DNA of 64,000 nt from Stegostoma tigrinum. Taxonomy: Eukaryota. The stretch is taken from NCBI RefSeq assembly GCF_030684315.1, contig NC_081373.1, forward strand, positions 29,241,989 to 29,305,988, in the 5' to 3' direction. Below the pieces are notes generated by a model. The model saw only the letters and a list, made by a program, of their open reading frames with translations. It was not told where the DNA came from and searched no databases. This document shows, piece after piece, positions 1-13,999 of the stretch; positions within the stretch are counted from its first letter, which is position 1, and each line of letters opens with the position of its first letter. The translations under genes were made by a program, and so were the position numbers.

Positions 1-518
1 GGATTCTGAAGTAAAAAGCGAGAGAGGGGGAGGCGGATAGAAAAAGGATAAAGGAGAAGACAGGTGGAGAGGAGACAGACAGGTCAAAGAGGTGGGGGAG
101 GAGTCCATAAGGGTGAGTGTAAGTGGGGGGTTACGTGGGGGCTGGGGATAGGTCAGTCCAGGGAGGACGGACAGGTCAAGGGGCAGGATGAGGCTGGTAG
201 GTAGGAGATGGGTGGGGCTTGAGGTGGGAGGAGGGGATAGGTGGGAGGAAGGACAGGTTTTGGAGGTGGGTCAAGCTGGGCTGGTTTTGAGATACAGTCG
301 AGGGAGGGGAGATCTTGAAGTTTGTGAAGTCCACATTGATACCATTGGGCTGCAGGGTTCCCAAGCAAAATATGAGGTGCTGTTCCTGCAACCTTCAGGT
401 GGCATCGTTTTGGCACTGCAGGAGGTCCAAGGCGGACATGTCATCTGAGGAATGGGAGAGCAACTGGGAGGCGCAGTTGTTTGTTGCGAACCGAGCGTAG
501 GTGTTCCACAAAGTGGTC
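1..518 (-). mobile_element. Penelope-like element (family 1), GIY-YIG C-terminal part and 3' UTR; runs off the window start
   Basis: ORF 176..391(-) QEQHLIFCLGTLQPNGINV is near-identical to the copies at 6832, 31064 and 56969. Confidence 0.9.
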
Positions 519-1559
519 ATGGTCTTCTCAATAGTTGGATGAGTGTTGTACAATGATAAACAGGCATGTTCATAACACAGCCAAACAGATTAAATATCAG
601 CTAATAAGTCGTTTTGTTAAATCCATGGCAACAGTAAGAGCAAGGGAGTCTTCTTCTTAGCCATGACTGATGTAATTTGTGGCCCTTAAGATACAGTCCA
701 TGGCAACAGGTTAGTGACCTGCTCCAGGGAAAATTAGTCATGGAGACAGAAGTACTTTATCTCTGTCCTATGCCAATAAGCACAGGAAAATATGATAGTT
801 TAGGTATATCTGAAGAAGTATCCCTATCTTTGGGCCAGAAACATTGGTTTCAAGTCCCATGCCTGGACTGTTGGCCATGGATGGAGTGCATATGGCCTAA
901 TTCAGCAGGTTGATAATCCTGCTGGGAATGTTTCCATCATTTTCCCACTATTCCCAAATAGGAACAAAGTGCATGTGAATATTTGCTTAAAATCATGTTG
1001 AGAATTTCGTGATTTGCTAAGGCGCTGCTCTTGAGATGTCGGGTACAATTTTCGTAATGGCTTTGAGTCTCCCAAGCCAGCGCCAAATGGGGATCCCAAG
1101 CCTATACATCCTGGGGTCCAGAATCGTAGAACTATTTTCTTAGAGGCAGCATCCTGATTACACTTCTATTAGGATGACAGGTGGGCTCCTGATGCTAACT
1201 GCCCAATGACAGGAGCTGCCCCTTGAAGGGACAAAGACTAACAACTATATTAAAGAGAACACAGGTGAGAAAGCCCGCTACCGGGATTATTAAGTCATTG
1301 TGGGCAGTCTTTGCTTTCTGCAGCCAAGTACATTGAGTCTCCAACTCCAATAGTTGTCCAGCCTGCAGCAGGGAGGCTATTTCTGATAAACCAGAAAAAA
1401 AAACTCCAAGTTGGGCCCTTATCTACATAAATTTGCAGCACGCATGTGTTAAATGGGGAGTCAGTCGATGTTTGGCCTGCCACTGGAAGTTTTGCTCGCA
1501 ATGGATATACATCAAGGAGCCATGTAGCTTCCCCACATTCCCAACTTCTAATCCCATAC

Positions 1560-1825
1560 CTCTAGGCATGGACAATCTAGCATATTATCTTTCAAATAAT
1601 ATGTTAGACTGAGACCTAATGCACCCTCTCCGATGTATGTAAAACAAAAAAAAATCCATGGCATGTCTTCTAATTCTAGGGGAGTTCTCCTAGGATTCTA
1701 GACCAACGTTTTTCCCTCAACCAAAGCAACCTGCCACAGCTGATTTGGCCATCGATCTCATTGCTTTTTGTGGCCCCTTGCTATCCATAAATTAGCTGTT
1801 ATGTGTTCCTACATTACAGTGGTGG
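1560..1825 (+). mobile_element. Old Deu-domain-like SINE fragment (AmnSINE/SacSINE-like)
   Basis: ...ctcattgctttttgtgg...ttgctat...aaattagctg...ttcctacattacagt resembles the DeuSINE 3' region; recognised from memory. Confidence 0.45.
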
Positions 1826-3004
1826 TTTGGAATGTTGATGGATAGTAATTTGTCTTCTTATTATTCAATTGTATTTTGTTTTACACAATGTATAATATCT
1901 GGAATGTATCTACTAGAGTGTGAAGTACATCTTTAGATAAATACAAAGGTGGTTATGAATGTCCTTGACTTCAGATAATTTTGATGTCAATTGTTGCTGC
2001 CATTGGAACCACAGAAAGAGCTTGTGAGGTATCAATGATACACAAGTTGCTCCTAGATTTTAATTTTAGTCAATTTGCCAAACACCAAGAAGGAACACCC
2101 ATATTAATGTCAATGAGACAAGAAAAGGCATATGTTTGCACTATGAAAAGAAAGAAGTGAACAAAGTAGCCAAGCTCGTGACACTGTAAAATACTCCTAG
2201 AGAAGAATCATTGATTTGAAAACAAATGTTGAGTGAAAGGTTAAAAATCAAAAGAATAATGTCATAATTATACATCTTGGAAGAAAATTCTAGCAAAGTG
2301 AGAAAAAAACTTATTAGCTTTTTTTCAAGATTTAACTTGAAATTGAACTATCTACCAGTCATCTATTAAACATACATTGAATGGAATGAAAGTTAAAATA
2401 GTTAGTAAAGTGCTGTATAAACGGCATTTCAATACATCTGGAAATCTCTAACGGAAATGCAAAATTGCTTATCGAATTTTCAATTATCATTTTATACAAG
2501 TATTTATAAGTCTCTCCCAAATTAGTTGTTGTAACTGCCTTTAATTTTGTAACTATTAGTTCTAAGATTATCCCTCGTGCTCTCCACAAATGAGTTTTAA
2601 ACAGACAATTGCTCACTGCATTTGCTCATTGTCTATGCTAGTGTATGGTACCTTCAGTTTCATAATAATGTTGGTTGTTTTCTTCAATTGTGCATGATAA
2701 TAAAATTTGAAGTCCATCGCAGAGATTAATTTTAAAATAACATATTGACTGTGTGGTCAAACAAAAATTCAAATTAGTTGCTTATGCCAGAATTTAAAAT
2801 TGAAAATTAATTGGAACCACCTCTGGAATAAATGGCGTAATTAATTTGTTAAACTATTGGTACTAAAATTTTTACTACCTTATTAAACCAATGCTGAAAA
2901 TGTTTATCATCATTATGACGGCATAAATGTATTTTTATGCCTACATAGCTAACATCTGTATGGATTTGTGGGCTTGAAATTATTTTTAAGCAGAGCACCA
3001 CCTC

Positions 3005-3118
3005 CCTCTGGAAATCTGGAGCAAAAACATAATGCACTGAAGAAACATAGCAGGTTAGGCAGCACCTGTAAAGAGAAACCAGAGTTAATGTTTTGAATCC
3101 AGTCACCATTTTTCAGAG
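3005..3118 (-). mobile_element. 3' end of older hammerhead-bearing PLE family 2, decayed
   Basis: agcaggttaggcagcacctgt...agagttaatgttttgaatccagtcaccatttttcag; the reverse complement is a degenerate CTGAAGA..stem..GAAACGTTAACTCT. Confidence 0.6.
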
Positions 3119-4099
3119 ATTATTATGCTTGTGCGCAAGTACAATATAACACATGTTTCGTGCACTCTTAGAAAACATCCTATTGCGGGTGAGTGATGAT
3201 CATTACCAATATTCTGAAAATAGTTGGAATCATCTTTGGTGTTAGCATTATCTTGTAATCATGTCATTAAGCACTTTGATATTGATACTTCCATCCTCTC
3301 CAAATTTTGAGATCCCAGTTAATGATCTAGAATTTTATTTGCAATGGGCAGTTCCACATGTTTCCAATTCTCCTCTGTTTTCAGAAAAGGCGCCCTGTGT
3401 CTTGGAATGGTTATAGCAATTAGTTGCTGGCAAGGTCACCTGCAATTGCCTTCCAATTATATGTTGTGCTGGAAATTGAAATTCCTTCTTTCATTGCTGA
3501 ATAGCTAATTGCAGAGTTCACCCAATGTTGGAACTTGCATTCAATTAAATGAGTCTGGTGAGCTGTAGATACCTGCCAGTATCCCTTGTACACACTGATA
3601 AGAAGCTCTGAATTTTGGCAGAGGCCTTCAGATGAGTGCTTAAGTAGAAAGTGATCAGATGGTGGAATGGTTGACTAAGAAATAAAGAAATATTGAGTGG
3701 GCCAGTAATCAAGGGAGAAAGGGCAACCAAAGGCAGGGGAGATGATCGGAAAAGGAGTGAGGCCAATGAGGAGTTGGCAATGGGATGAGGGAGAGCAACT
3801 GGGACATGAGAATCAGGTTTAAGATGGGGTCAGGGAGAGTGGGTAATTTTAATACAAATTTACATTGCCCGAAGTGATCTGAGACCAACTTCGATTAGAC
3901 AACATTTAGTCCTGGTTTCTATGAATGCAACTGGCAGTCCAATGGATGCACTCAGAGAAACCCGATCTGTAAACTTACCAAGGTGGAACAAAGCAAATCT
4001 ATTCCAGCCTCGTTGAGTTAGCTATTGACTCAACACAAATTAAAACATTTAGGAAGGTTCCTTGGGCAAGAAAAGGGCCATACCATTGATGTATTACTT

Positions 4100-5530
4100 G
4101 AGAGTGGATGCAAGTACACAGCCATAGTAACAGAACAACAATGATTACGTGGTTTTGGTGTAGCCAGCATTATTGCTATGGTCAGCAAAGCACACCAAAC
4201 CAACAAAGCCTATAACAGATTTAGTTTGTCACACCATCCTAAAAGCAGTCCAGCTTTTTTCAAAGTTTGTAAAACATGTTCCAAAGGCCAAGCCAGATCT
4301 TAGAACAAAACACAGGTGACTGACAAGAAGGGACAGCACCAAAACACAGGCAGCAGTTAAAGCATTAGAAGATGTACAAATGTAAAAAATATCAGAGATT
4401 CAGAGTCAACCTAAGAAAAGACAAGTTTCGGAAGATGACCAAGCTTTCCATATGGATAATCTCACATATCTTGTCAATGGTATAAGGCAACAATGGCTTT
4501 ACAACTATTAATATATCATATGCCCTGAAAAGGCAGGACAACACACAACAAAAGCTAAAATTGACGTGGGAGCTAGTTACAATATTTAACTGCTATGCAT
4601 CTTGAAAGACATATACACAGATAGGATTATTCAGTTTGAACTTAGTTGCGACTGCATAGCTGAAGACCTTGTAGTGATGGATAAGACAAAGGTAGAGCAT
4701 AACCTCAACCCTAATCTACTAGTGACAGCAGCAGAAACATAAGTTTATGTATTTAACAGCACAATGTGTCAACTCAGTGTCAGCCAGATAAAAATCTTTC
4801 GGGCCATTCACTCTGCCTATGGATTCTGTCCCAATTCACATAAAATCAAGGATGTTAAGCTAATATTGACCCCACGGGATAAAGATGATTGATGGGATTG
4901 CTTTAGATTTTTAAATTTCTCAAGAATCGTCAGTTACATTTTGGCTTACACTTTGGCCAGAGCCAATGTGAACAATTGCAAGAGGCAAGTACCGAAGTTG
5001 AGCATCTACAAAGGTTGCAAAAGGTCATTGTCCAGGGCTTTCCTGACAGTATTAGAGAAGTATCTGAGAAGATTTGTTAATTTTGACTATATAGGTTTGG
5101 TATAATATGTCAAATCATTTTCAAAATCAAACAAAACATTATGCAAAGATATCATGTCCATGTTACATCAGGGACAAGATAACATAGCAATACAACAAGA
5201 ACAACCATCATTGATACAATGAGCACTATTTCCAGTTTATTCAGTGTTCCAGATAACAAACCACAGTTCACTGGCAAACTGTTTAAAAATATGTATTAAG
5301 TGGAGAGTTATCCGTATCACATCACCGCAAAGAACATAATGTGGGTACTATCAAATCAACTTGTCTCAAGAAACAAAGCAAGATTTTCACATTGCATGGC
5401 TGCATTTTTGTGCAACACCAATTTCAATCCCAGCACAACTTACACTTGGAAGGCAGTTGTGGGCAATCTTGCCCAGCAACCAATTGTATAACTATTCCAA
5501 GACACAGACATCCTTTTTTGAAGACAGAGG
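4100..5530 (+). mobile_element. Highly decayed Ty3/Gypsy LTR-retrotransposon pol remnant
   Basis: Ordered motifs translated by eye: protease-like KAKIDVGASYNI (4551-4586), RT-like VFNSTMC..QIKIFRAIH (~4748-4810), integrase-like DIMSMLHQG (~5148) and DNKPQFTG (~5252). The order PR-RT-IN is the Gypsy order. Confidence 0.7.
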
Positions 5531-5559
5531 AGAACTAGAGATACATGATAAGCAAGCAG

Positions 5560-5990
5560 GTCGAGATATGATGAGGGGAAACCAGTGAATGTTGTTTATT
5601 TGGATTTTCAGAAGACATATTACAAAGGCACACATAGGAAATCAGGGTGTACCATGAAGGTACATGGGATTGGGGGTAGTGCATTGAGATGAATAGAACA
5701 TTATTTGGCTTATAGGAAACAAAGAATAGGAATAAATGTTGCAAATGACATGCAACTAGGCAGAAGGGTGAGCTGTGAGAATGGTACAGAGGTTTGGTCA
5801 AGCTGACTGAGTTGGCAAATGCATGGCAGATGCAATTTAATGCAGACAAATGTGAGATCATCCACTTTGGTGCCAAAAACAGGAAGGCATTTTATTGCCT
5901 GAAAGGCTTTACACCGAGAGAGGAGAATAGGCAATGTGACCTGCCTGCCCTTGTGCATAAACAGAATGAGGAGGAATGCTCTGACAATTG
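5560..5990 (+). mobile_element. CR1 LINE RT fragment
   Basis: VVYLDFQK and ORF 5794..5997 WQMQFNADKCEIIHFG. Confidence 0.85.
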
Positions 5991-6831
5991 TGAGTGACAT
6001 TTAGTGGCTGCATCCAGCAGGAAAACACCAAGTTTTTAAACAAGTCTAATGAAGAACAAATGCACCTGTCCAGAGAGGCATATGGTCATCAGTTCAAGGT
6101 GAGTTGTCAAAGCATTTCATTAAGATTTGAAATATTTGCCTTGTAAACTTTTTTATCTATTTGTTTAATTTAACAGTACAATCATGTATTTCTGTTCAAG
6201 ATTAGCTTTTATTTTTGGAAAAATGGGGAGCTGCTGTGTTTTGTCTCATAGTCAGAATGTCAATCCAGCTTTCACGCAAATACTGATGATATGCTCACTG
6301 TTTCGTCGCATGTGGTGGAGGCTGTCTTGGCCTCATGCTCCACCTTATCTTTAATGACTCGAAGCATTACGTGTTAAAGGAAGCATGCTTCTCTAATGCG
6401 AGCTAATAGGTTAATATTAGGTCAGATATCTATGTTTCTGAGAAATATAATGTAATAATATATTGTAATCATTGTGAATTGTAATAGATGACTGTTAGAT
6501 TCTTCAATATATGGCATCCATGCAAAGTTTCTTACATCATAGGAGATAATGTAAGAATTGCTGCATGAGGTAAAATTTTCCTAGCGAAGACAAACACATC
6601 AATTGCCATTTCAGTTCTCAATCTCTATTGCTGTCACATTATTTGGACTTGATGGTCCTATAATTTTTCTTTTGTAGTTGCTTTGAAAATGCAGGATTGC
6701 TTATTGATATGCATTTTGTAATTGTGACTTTCATGTTCTACTGGTGAAGTAATAATGTAGAATGTGAAAGCAAAATTCAGTTGTTTTCAGCATTTAAAGA
6801 TGTGCTCTGTTATCCAAACTTATAAAAAAAA

Positions 6832-7854
6832 CCAACACATCATTTTCTGACACTTCCGCCATCTGCAGTCCGACCCCACCACCAAAGACGTTTTTCCCTC
6901 CCCACCCTTATCTGCTTTCCGGAGGGATCACTCTCTCCATGACTCCCTTGTCCGCTCCACACGCCCCTCCAGCCCCACCACACCCAGCACTTTTCACAGC
7001 AACCACAAGAAATGATACACCTGCCCCTACACTTCCCCCCTCACCCCCATCCCAGGCCCCAAGAAGACTTTCCACATCAAGCAGATGTTCACCTGCACAT
7101 CTGCTAATGTGGTATACTGCATCCGCTGTTCCTGTTGTGGCCTCCTCTACACAGGGGAAACCAAGCAGAGGCTTGGGGACCGCTTTGCAGAACACCTACG
7201 TTCGGTTCGCACTAAACAACTGTGCCTCCCAGTTACGAACTATTTCAACTCCTCTTCCCATTCCTCAGACGACATGCCCATCCTGGGCCTCCTGCAGTGC
7301 CACAACGATGCCACCCGAAGGTTGCAGGAACAGCAACTCATATTCCGCTTGGGAACCCTGCAGCCCAAAGGTATCAATGTGGGCTTCACAAGCTTCAAAA
7401 TCTCCCCTCCCCCTACCACATCCTAAAACCAGCCCAGCTTGCCCCTGCCTCCCTAACCTGTCCTTCCTTCCACCTATCCCCTCCTCCTACCTCAAACTCC
7501 AAGCCCATCTCCAACCTACTAACCTCATCCCGCCTCCTTGACCTGTCCATCCTCCCTGGACTGACCTATCTCCTCCCTAACTCCCCACCTACACTCACCT
7601 TTACTGGCTACATCCCCGCCTCTTTGGCCTGTCTGTCTCCTCGCCACCTATCTTCTCCTCTATCCATCTTCTATCCACCTCCCGCTCTCTTCCTATTTAT
7701 TTCAGAATCCCCTTCCCCTCTCCCGTTTCTGAAGAAGGGTCTAGGCCCAAAACGTCAGCCTTCCTGCTCCTGTGATGCTGCTTGGCCTGCTGTGTTCATC
7801 CAGCTCTACACCTTGTTATCTCAGATTCTCCAGCATCTGCAGTTTCCACAATCT
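6832..7854 (+). mobile_element. 5'-truncated Penelope-like element (Neptune-type), family 1
   Basis: GIY-YIG ORF, C-rich 3' UTR, hammerhead motif 7729-7756; 13-bp TSD cttataaaaaaaa at 6819-6831 and 7855-7867. Confidence 0.92.
7085..7426 (+). pseudogene. GIY-YIG endonuclease domain of PLE (open frame, but part of a truncated copy)
   Basis: NVVYCIRCSCCGLLYTGETKQRLGDRFAEH...HFN-like...EQQLIFRLGTLQPKGIN: GIY/YIG halves, conserved R, E and N, and the CCHH motif typical of PLE endonucleases. Confidence 0.9.
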
Positions 7855-9564
7855 CTTATAAAAAAAAGCCCACACTTTGTACAGAGATTGTCCATTCATA
7901 TTATATTTCTTGCCCTTAGTTCCAAATTTGCGCACATACTTTCTTGATAATGTGCACTTATCTTAAAGACCAGTAGAAGAATTCCTCCTCACAATGAATT
8001 TCATGTCAATAAAATTCTGACATAACCAGAGGTTTCTTTTTCAAAATCACATATTGTGAAAGTATCACCTGGTAAGTCCGTTAATCTTGAAGAATTGGTT
8101 AAAGGTTTAAACTTGTATGCTATATCAAGCTAAATTATTTGCATGCCGACCTACCTTCAAAACTGAATATATAATTTTCAGCTCCAGCTTTCAAAAGGTA
8201 CAATCACTTAGAAGATCAGCTGTTATCTCACATTTGAGATCTTTGTGGAAAAAAGAACATTACATTTATCAACAGCAAATGTTAAGGAAATAACAACAAT
8301 CTTCCCATAAGAGCCGTAATTGTGCCAAACTTTTTTAAAACTTCTGTCAGTGTTGTATTAATAAATAACTGCACATTGCAACAAAGGCACAAGTAGTTAT
8401 AACAGCAAATAGCACATTCTCTGAATATTGAGTTCTAAACTTGTCTTTTCATGATTTGTGGCTCTGTCACTGGAAGTATTTTTCAATGTCATTGCCAAAG
8501 CCCATGCTGTCACTAACATGGTCAGCTAGGGAATAGGACACATAACACAAGGATCTTAAAATTAATAGGTGCTGTTGCAAGTGGCAAAGGTGATAAACTA
8601 CTATTTAGCTACTAGTAGCATAACATTGCTGCAGGACATTATTATGAAATAATGTTGTTTTGTCAGATTTTAATCATGTTTCAAACAATCTGTTTCAATA
8701 TTTACATTACAATTTTGAGACAGGGTCTTTCAGGGTTGATTGAAGCTTTGTTTCTTTTGTTGGTTTCCAAGGTTTAACTTGAACAAACTGATTTTAAAGT
8801 TGCAACCTAATGCCTCAATGTTAAACACTTTTCACTGTGGCACAGTTGCTGTGGCTGGAAGCAGTCAAAATGTGTAGGGACTGCTCAGTCGTGAGTCACC
8901 TGCTTAAAATGGGATTATAATTTCATACCAGTGACCTGTAGTCATTCAACAAGAACATTTTTTGTTGCGAGTATGTTGTGCCTAGAATCACCAGCATCTT
9001 CATGCACATGCGCAGGAAGTACACAAATTAACCCTTTCACTGGAAAATTGCCAAAATACTATTCAGCTTGTTTATATAATTTATTTCATAGTAAACCCAT
9101 AAAAATGCTTCAAATGTATGATCTTTGACAGACTATGCCTGAATTTAAACCTAAAACCCTCAAAATAAGCACGTTTCAAACAGTTTAGAAATCAAAGGAG
9201 ATGATACATTTACAGCGGAAACAGTCCAATGAGGTGAAAATGAATATAATTAGAAGAAAGATTTCTCTGCATAACTAAAGCTATAAAGGTTACAATGAGA
9301 CAACAGAATGGATATCATCCTCAATGGTCATGCAGTAAAAGTACAGCTGAACATAGAAAGTAGAGAGGAGATTTAAAAATAAAAAGAACGAGGAATGAAA
9401 ACAGTGTATAACAATTGTTTACTAGATAACAAAATGGGAATTCACAAGTAATTTCTTAACACATCATGACATAGTTGAACAAAAAGTGTACCTTATTTCT
9501 CCTCAATAGGAGAAATGTTCAAATGTAGCACCAGAGGAGCAGGGAATTTTATGGGAACAGAACT

Positions 9565-9930
9565 TTTGTTTTACGTTCAAGGGATATGAGCGTTGCTGGC
9601 TAGGCCACCAATTTTTTCCATCTCTATTTCATCCTTAAGGAAGTGCCAAACTGCCTTCCAAGCCAGGATGGTGCATCACTTGTAGGAGAATTTGTGGGTG
9701 TTGATATTCACATGCACCTGTGATCTTTGTTCTTCTAGGTGTTGAGGTTGTGATTTGGAATGTGCTGTCAAAAGAAGTCTCAGTGGGTTACCACAGTGCA
9801 GCTTGTACATTGTACGCACTGCTGCAAATGGACCTTAGTGGTGAAGGCAGTGGAGGATGGGGTGCCAATTAAGTGGGCTGCTTTGACTTGGAGTGTATCA
9901 GGCTTCTTGAACGTTGTTGGAGCTGTCAAC
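9565..9930 (-). mobile_element. CR1/L2-group LINE 3' fragment
   Basis: ORF 9780..10142 APTTFKKPDTLQVKAAHLIGTPS; related copies at ~23050-23460(-), ~52620-52990(-) and ~54810-55245(+). Confidence 0.7.
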
Positions 9931-11194
9931 ACAATCAAATAGAGAGTGAATAAAATATCTAAAGAGATTTGTGTAATAGATTGGCAGTTCTTAAAGTAGA
10001 AAATATTGTCTGGTCTAAATGGAGTTTGTCTTAGGTTGCTGAGGGAAGTAAGGGAATTTATTGAAGTTCCAGTCACAACCTTCCCATTCCCCTTAAATAA
10101 GGCAATAATGCCGGAGAACATAAGGGCAAAAATGTTACACACCTACTTAATTCATTGGATATGAGTGTGTTTGGTATGTACAGCATTTATTGCCTACACC
10201 TAACTGATCTTGAGGAGGTGGTGGTGAGCTTCATACTAGAAGAACAAAAAATCTTGAGAGAAAATATTCTGGTTCAAAGCTAATTAGCATTTGGGAAAGC
10301 ATAAGTTAATAAGTAAAAGTCAGTGTGGATTTCAAAGATTGCAAATGATATGAAACTCAAATATTTGTCAATAATGAGGAAAATAGTACAAACAATAGGA
10401 TGACATATCCTGATAAAATGGGTAAATATTTTGGGTTAGGACACTAATTCGTAAGCAGAAAGGGAGTAGAGGGATTTTTTTTGGTTGGAAAATCCAGACA
10501 GTTAAGCTTCCCTAAGGTTCTATTGTTTGATTCAATGGGATGTATCAGCATTTTTGTCTATGTTGAATGGCTGCATCCAGTGAATTCAAGTGACTGGTAT
10601 GGCTATTATGTGCGTGAGCCTTTGAGACCAGCCAAAACTCAGGGAAGAGACAGGGAAGGTCTTGAATTGGAGAAAAAAAAATGAATTGCAGAGCCATGGA
10701 AGACTGAGGAAGCCAGAAAGAGGTTGTTTGGTAGTCTCATTCACCAGTCTCAGGTAAAGAGAGATTAGAGGCCAAATGACATTGCAGACTGCTCTGAGAT
10801 AGATCAATGGCCCTAGAGAAGGGATAAGGTAGATCAGAGTAGTTGGAGGCCTTGTGGAGACTGGAAAGATTTGTAAGGGAGTAAAGACTTTGTAGAGTTA
10901 CGTAGAAAGCTTCATGAAGGAGATTGGAGAAGTTCAAAATATATCTAATTGCTGAGGTTTGGTGAAACAGGCACACTTGATGTAGAGTTACATGGAAAGA
11001 TACTTAATTAGCTCTTGCAAAGAAGAATCCTAGCCCCTCTTAGGCCTGTGTTTTTCTCAAAGCCTTGAAAAATCAAGTGGAAAAACTTGTGTTACATGGT
11101 TAAATGTAAGGTGCATGGCCACTGTATAATATTTTAATATCAACCTACCTGCTAAAAGTGGATTGATTACTGTCCCATCTCATCTAGGTTAATT

Positions 11195-11520
11195 TTTTTT
11201 TCCTTCGTTCATTAACAGGATGAGGATATCACTGGCTAGGCAACCCAGTTGCCCAATTGAGTCACCCTGTGGGTCTGGAGTCACATGTAGGCCAGACTAG
11301 ATAAGGATGGCAGTTTCCTTCCTTAAAGGACATCAGTGAACCAGATGGGCTTTTCCTGACAATCAATAATGGATTCATGGTTGTCATTAGATTTTAAATT
11401 CCAGACATTTTTTATTGAATTCAATTTCTATCACCTGCTGTGGTAGGATTTGAACCCAGGTCCCCGGAACATTATCTGGATCAACAATCTAGCAACAATA
11501 CCACTAGGCCATCACTTCCC
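11195..11520 (-). mobile_element. tRNA-derived SINE with LINE-derived tail
   Basis: Minus strand has A-box-like TGGCCTAGTGG and B-box GGTTCAAATCC, with an A-rich tail at ~11195; homologous copy at ~45985-46305. Confidence 0.8.
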
Positions 11521-12879
11521 CATTAAATAAGAACAGTATATAAATGGAAATATTAGCGGCTAGTTGTGTTGAGATCGACATTTAAAACAAAACTAACGTC
11601 TGAGAAATCTAATGCGATACATTTCGGCAGGAAGAATGAGTGGGTTAATAAAAAGCTTGAGAGGTTGTAGTGCAGCCTAATGCAGATATCATAAAGTCAA
11701 TTACCTAGATATAAAAGGAGAGCTGGTCATGATTGATTAGTGAATGGATTAACAGGCACGCTGGAAATAAACAGTGGGATACATTTAAAGAAATGACTTA
11801 ATGTTCAGCAAACATACATTACAAAGAAACAAAAACTCAACAAGAAAGATCCAATTTTAACATAAGGCAGTTACAGATAATATTAAATTAAAAGAAGAGG
11901 ATTTATGTTTGCAAAGAATAGTAAAAAGACTGAGAATTGGGAAAGTTTAAAAACCTACAATGCATGCCCGACAAATTAATAGTGAAAATAATAGAATATG
12001 AGTATAAGTTAGCCAAGAATATAAAATCAGATTGTAAGAGACCTGAATAAGAACAGATTCACAAATGTTGTGTAATATTTCCATTATTACGAAAACAGAT
12101 ATTGCTTGCAAATCTGAACAGATCCAGCAGCATCCATGGGAAGAAAGTGGAGTTAATGTTTTGAATGGTGACTCCCATCAATTCCATCCATTGTCTTTTA
12201 ATCTTAAACAGAGGTTGATGATGCGCAAAACTTATGAAGACTTTTCCTAATCTTCATTTTGATTTTTTTAAAACGTTGCAATTTCTCCAAAAATAATTTT
12301 GCCATTTACAAAGAAACTGTATTTATTGAGAACATTTCATACAACCTTTCATTGCCTGACAAGTGCTATAAGTTCTTTTGAAGTGTTGTCACTGTTGTAA
12401 TATAAGAAATACAGCAGGCAATGTGGATACAACAGTTTTCATCAGACATAAGCATGATAATGATCAGACAACCTGTTACAGTAATGTTTTTAGTTAAATT
12501 GTCTTCAAATCAATTCATGACCTTGCTCTTCCTTTTGTCACTATCTCTACTCCTATAATAATATTCCTCCAATCTTCCATTTCTGGCATCTTGTTGAACC
12601 TTAATTTTAACTGCTCCACCATTTGTAGTCATGCCTTACTTGCATTTATCTAACCTTGAAATTGCTTTGCTAAACCTCTCTATGTGTCTCATTCTGATCA
12701 GCCAGAAATGGAACTTGTGAATAAATGGCTCTATTTTTCTGGATGGAAGGAGATGACCGTTTGTGTACCAAAGGGATTGATGCTTGGACTCCAGTTATTC
12801 ATGACATGATGATGGAACCAAAAAACAATATTTCCATTATAACGAAAACAGATATTGCTTGCAAATCTCAACAGAGGTT

Positions 12880-13900
12880 CCTTGAAATATGAAATTGTAA
12901 AATGCTCAATTGCCAGGAAATTTCACGATCCAACATCGTGTTGGGAAGGATACTCTTAAGATTACTGAAATCCTGGTTGCTGAACTGAGTGGTACAGGAT
13001 GGTGTTGATTGTGATCATAAGATCTTGGAATTCATGGCTAAGGACAGGTACAAAATCTCTGCTTTTCCCAGACTTGTAAGGATGAAGCATTCTGAGAGAC
13101 AAGCATTAAGTCTCTGCAAGTTCTCCAGAATGCATGCTTTGAGATATAGGAGGTCAGTTTGTAGCTGCTCTGTATCTTTTTGTGAGCTTTGATCCTTTGC
13201 ATATTGAACAGGGTACCGACTGAAAAAGCAGAATGTATACTCTTATGTTGAGAACTTTGAGTACATGTAAGAGCGTACCCAAGAAGTAGATGGCAAACAA
13301 ACCTGAATCTATTACACAACTTTGCTTAATCTCATTGGTGAGAGCAAAAATATATCATGAGATATCATGGTGCATTGCATTGGCTAACATGTCACCATGA
13401 AACGTGTGAACAATCCTGGTTATCTTTTTAGGGCAGCCGTATCTGCTTGGTATTTTCCATAGAATTTCAGAGTTTGTGTCAAAGGCCTTGGTCAAGCCAA
13501 AAAACATCATGTAGAGAGTCCTTGTTCTGTTTGCAGGACTTTTCTTGATTTGGACATGCTACAAAAATCATGTGGTACACTCCTTACACAGGAAGATTGT
13601 TTTTGCAGTGGAAAGAACTGAAGTACTATGATGATTCTCACAGACATACTTCCCTTTCATTTATATAGGTGAGTTACGTAAGCATCCTTGTACTCTTGAG
13701 ATACAGTGACCTAGTTTCAGGTTAAGCTGAAGTCGGTAATGAGTTTCCTAACCATTTGAGCTCCTTCACACTTGAACTCTTCAAGTAGAATGTCATTGCC
13801 ACTGGGTGATTTACTCAAATAAAGCTCCAGAATGAGGTACAGCTGCAGAGTGAAGTTGTGCACAGCTGCTTTCTTGTCAGAGGCAGCTGTTGCTGCCTTT
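12880..13900 (-). mobile_element. Decayed RTE-clade LINE RT fragment
   Basis: Minus strand LTKAFDT (~13476-13496) followed by WKIPSRYGCPKKITRIVHTFHGDM, an RTE-type signature. Confidence 0.75.
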
Positions 13901-13999
13901 GTGCAGTATATGTTATAACCTGAGCAACTGAATAGATACAGATTTTAATTTTGGGTTTGCTCTCTTAGGTGAACTGCAACAAAAACAAGAAGCACTTTT

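Noticed and set aside
6939-7947. Long Pro/Ser-rich ORFs (200 and 241 aa)
   Set aside because: Alternative frames of the C-rich PLE, not host genes.
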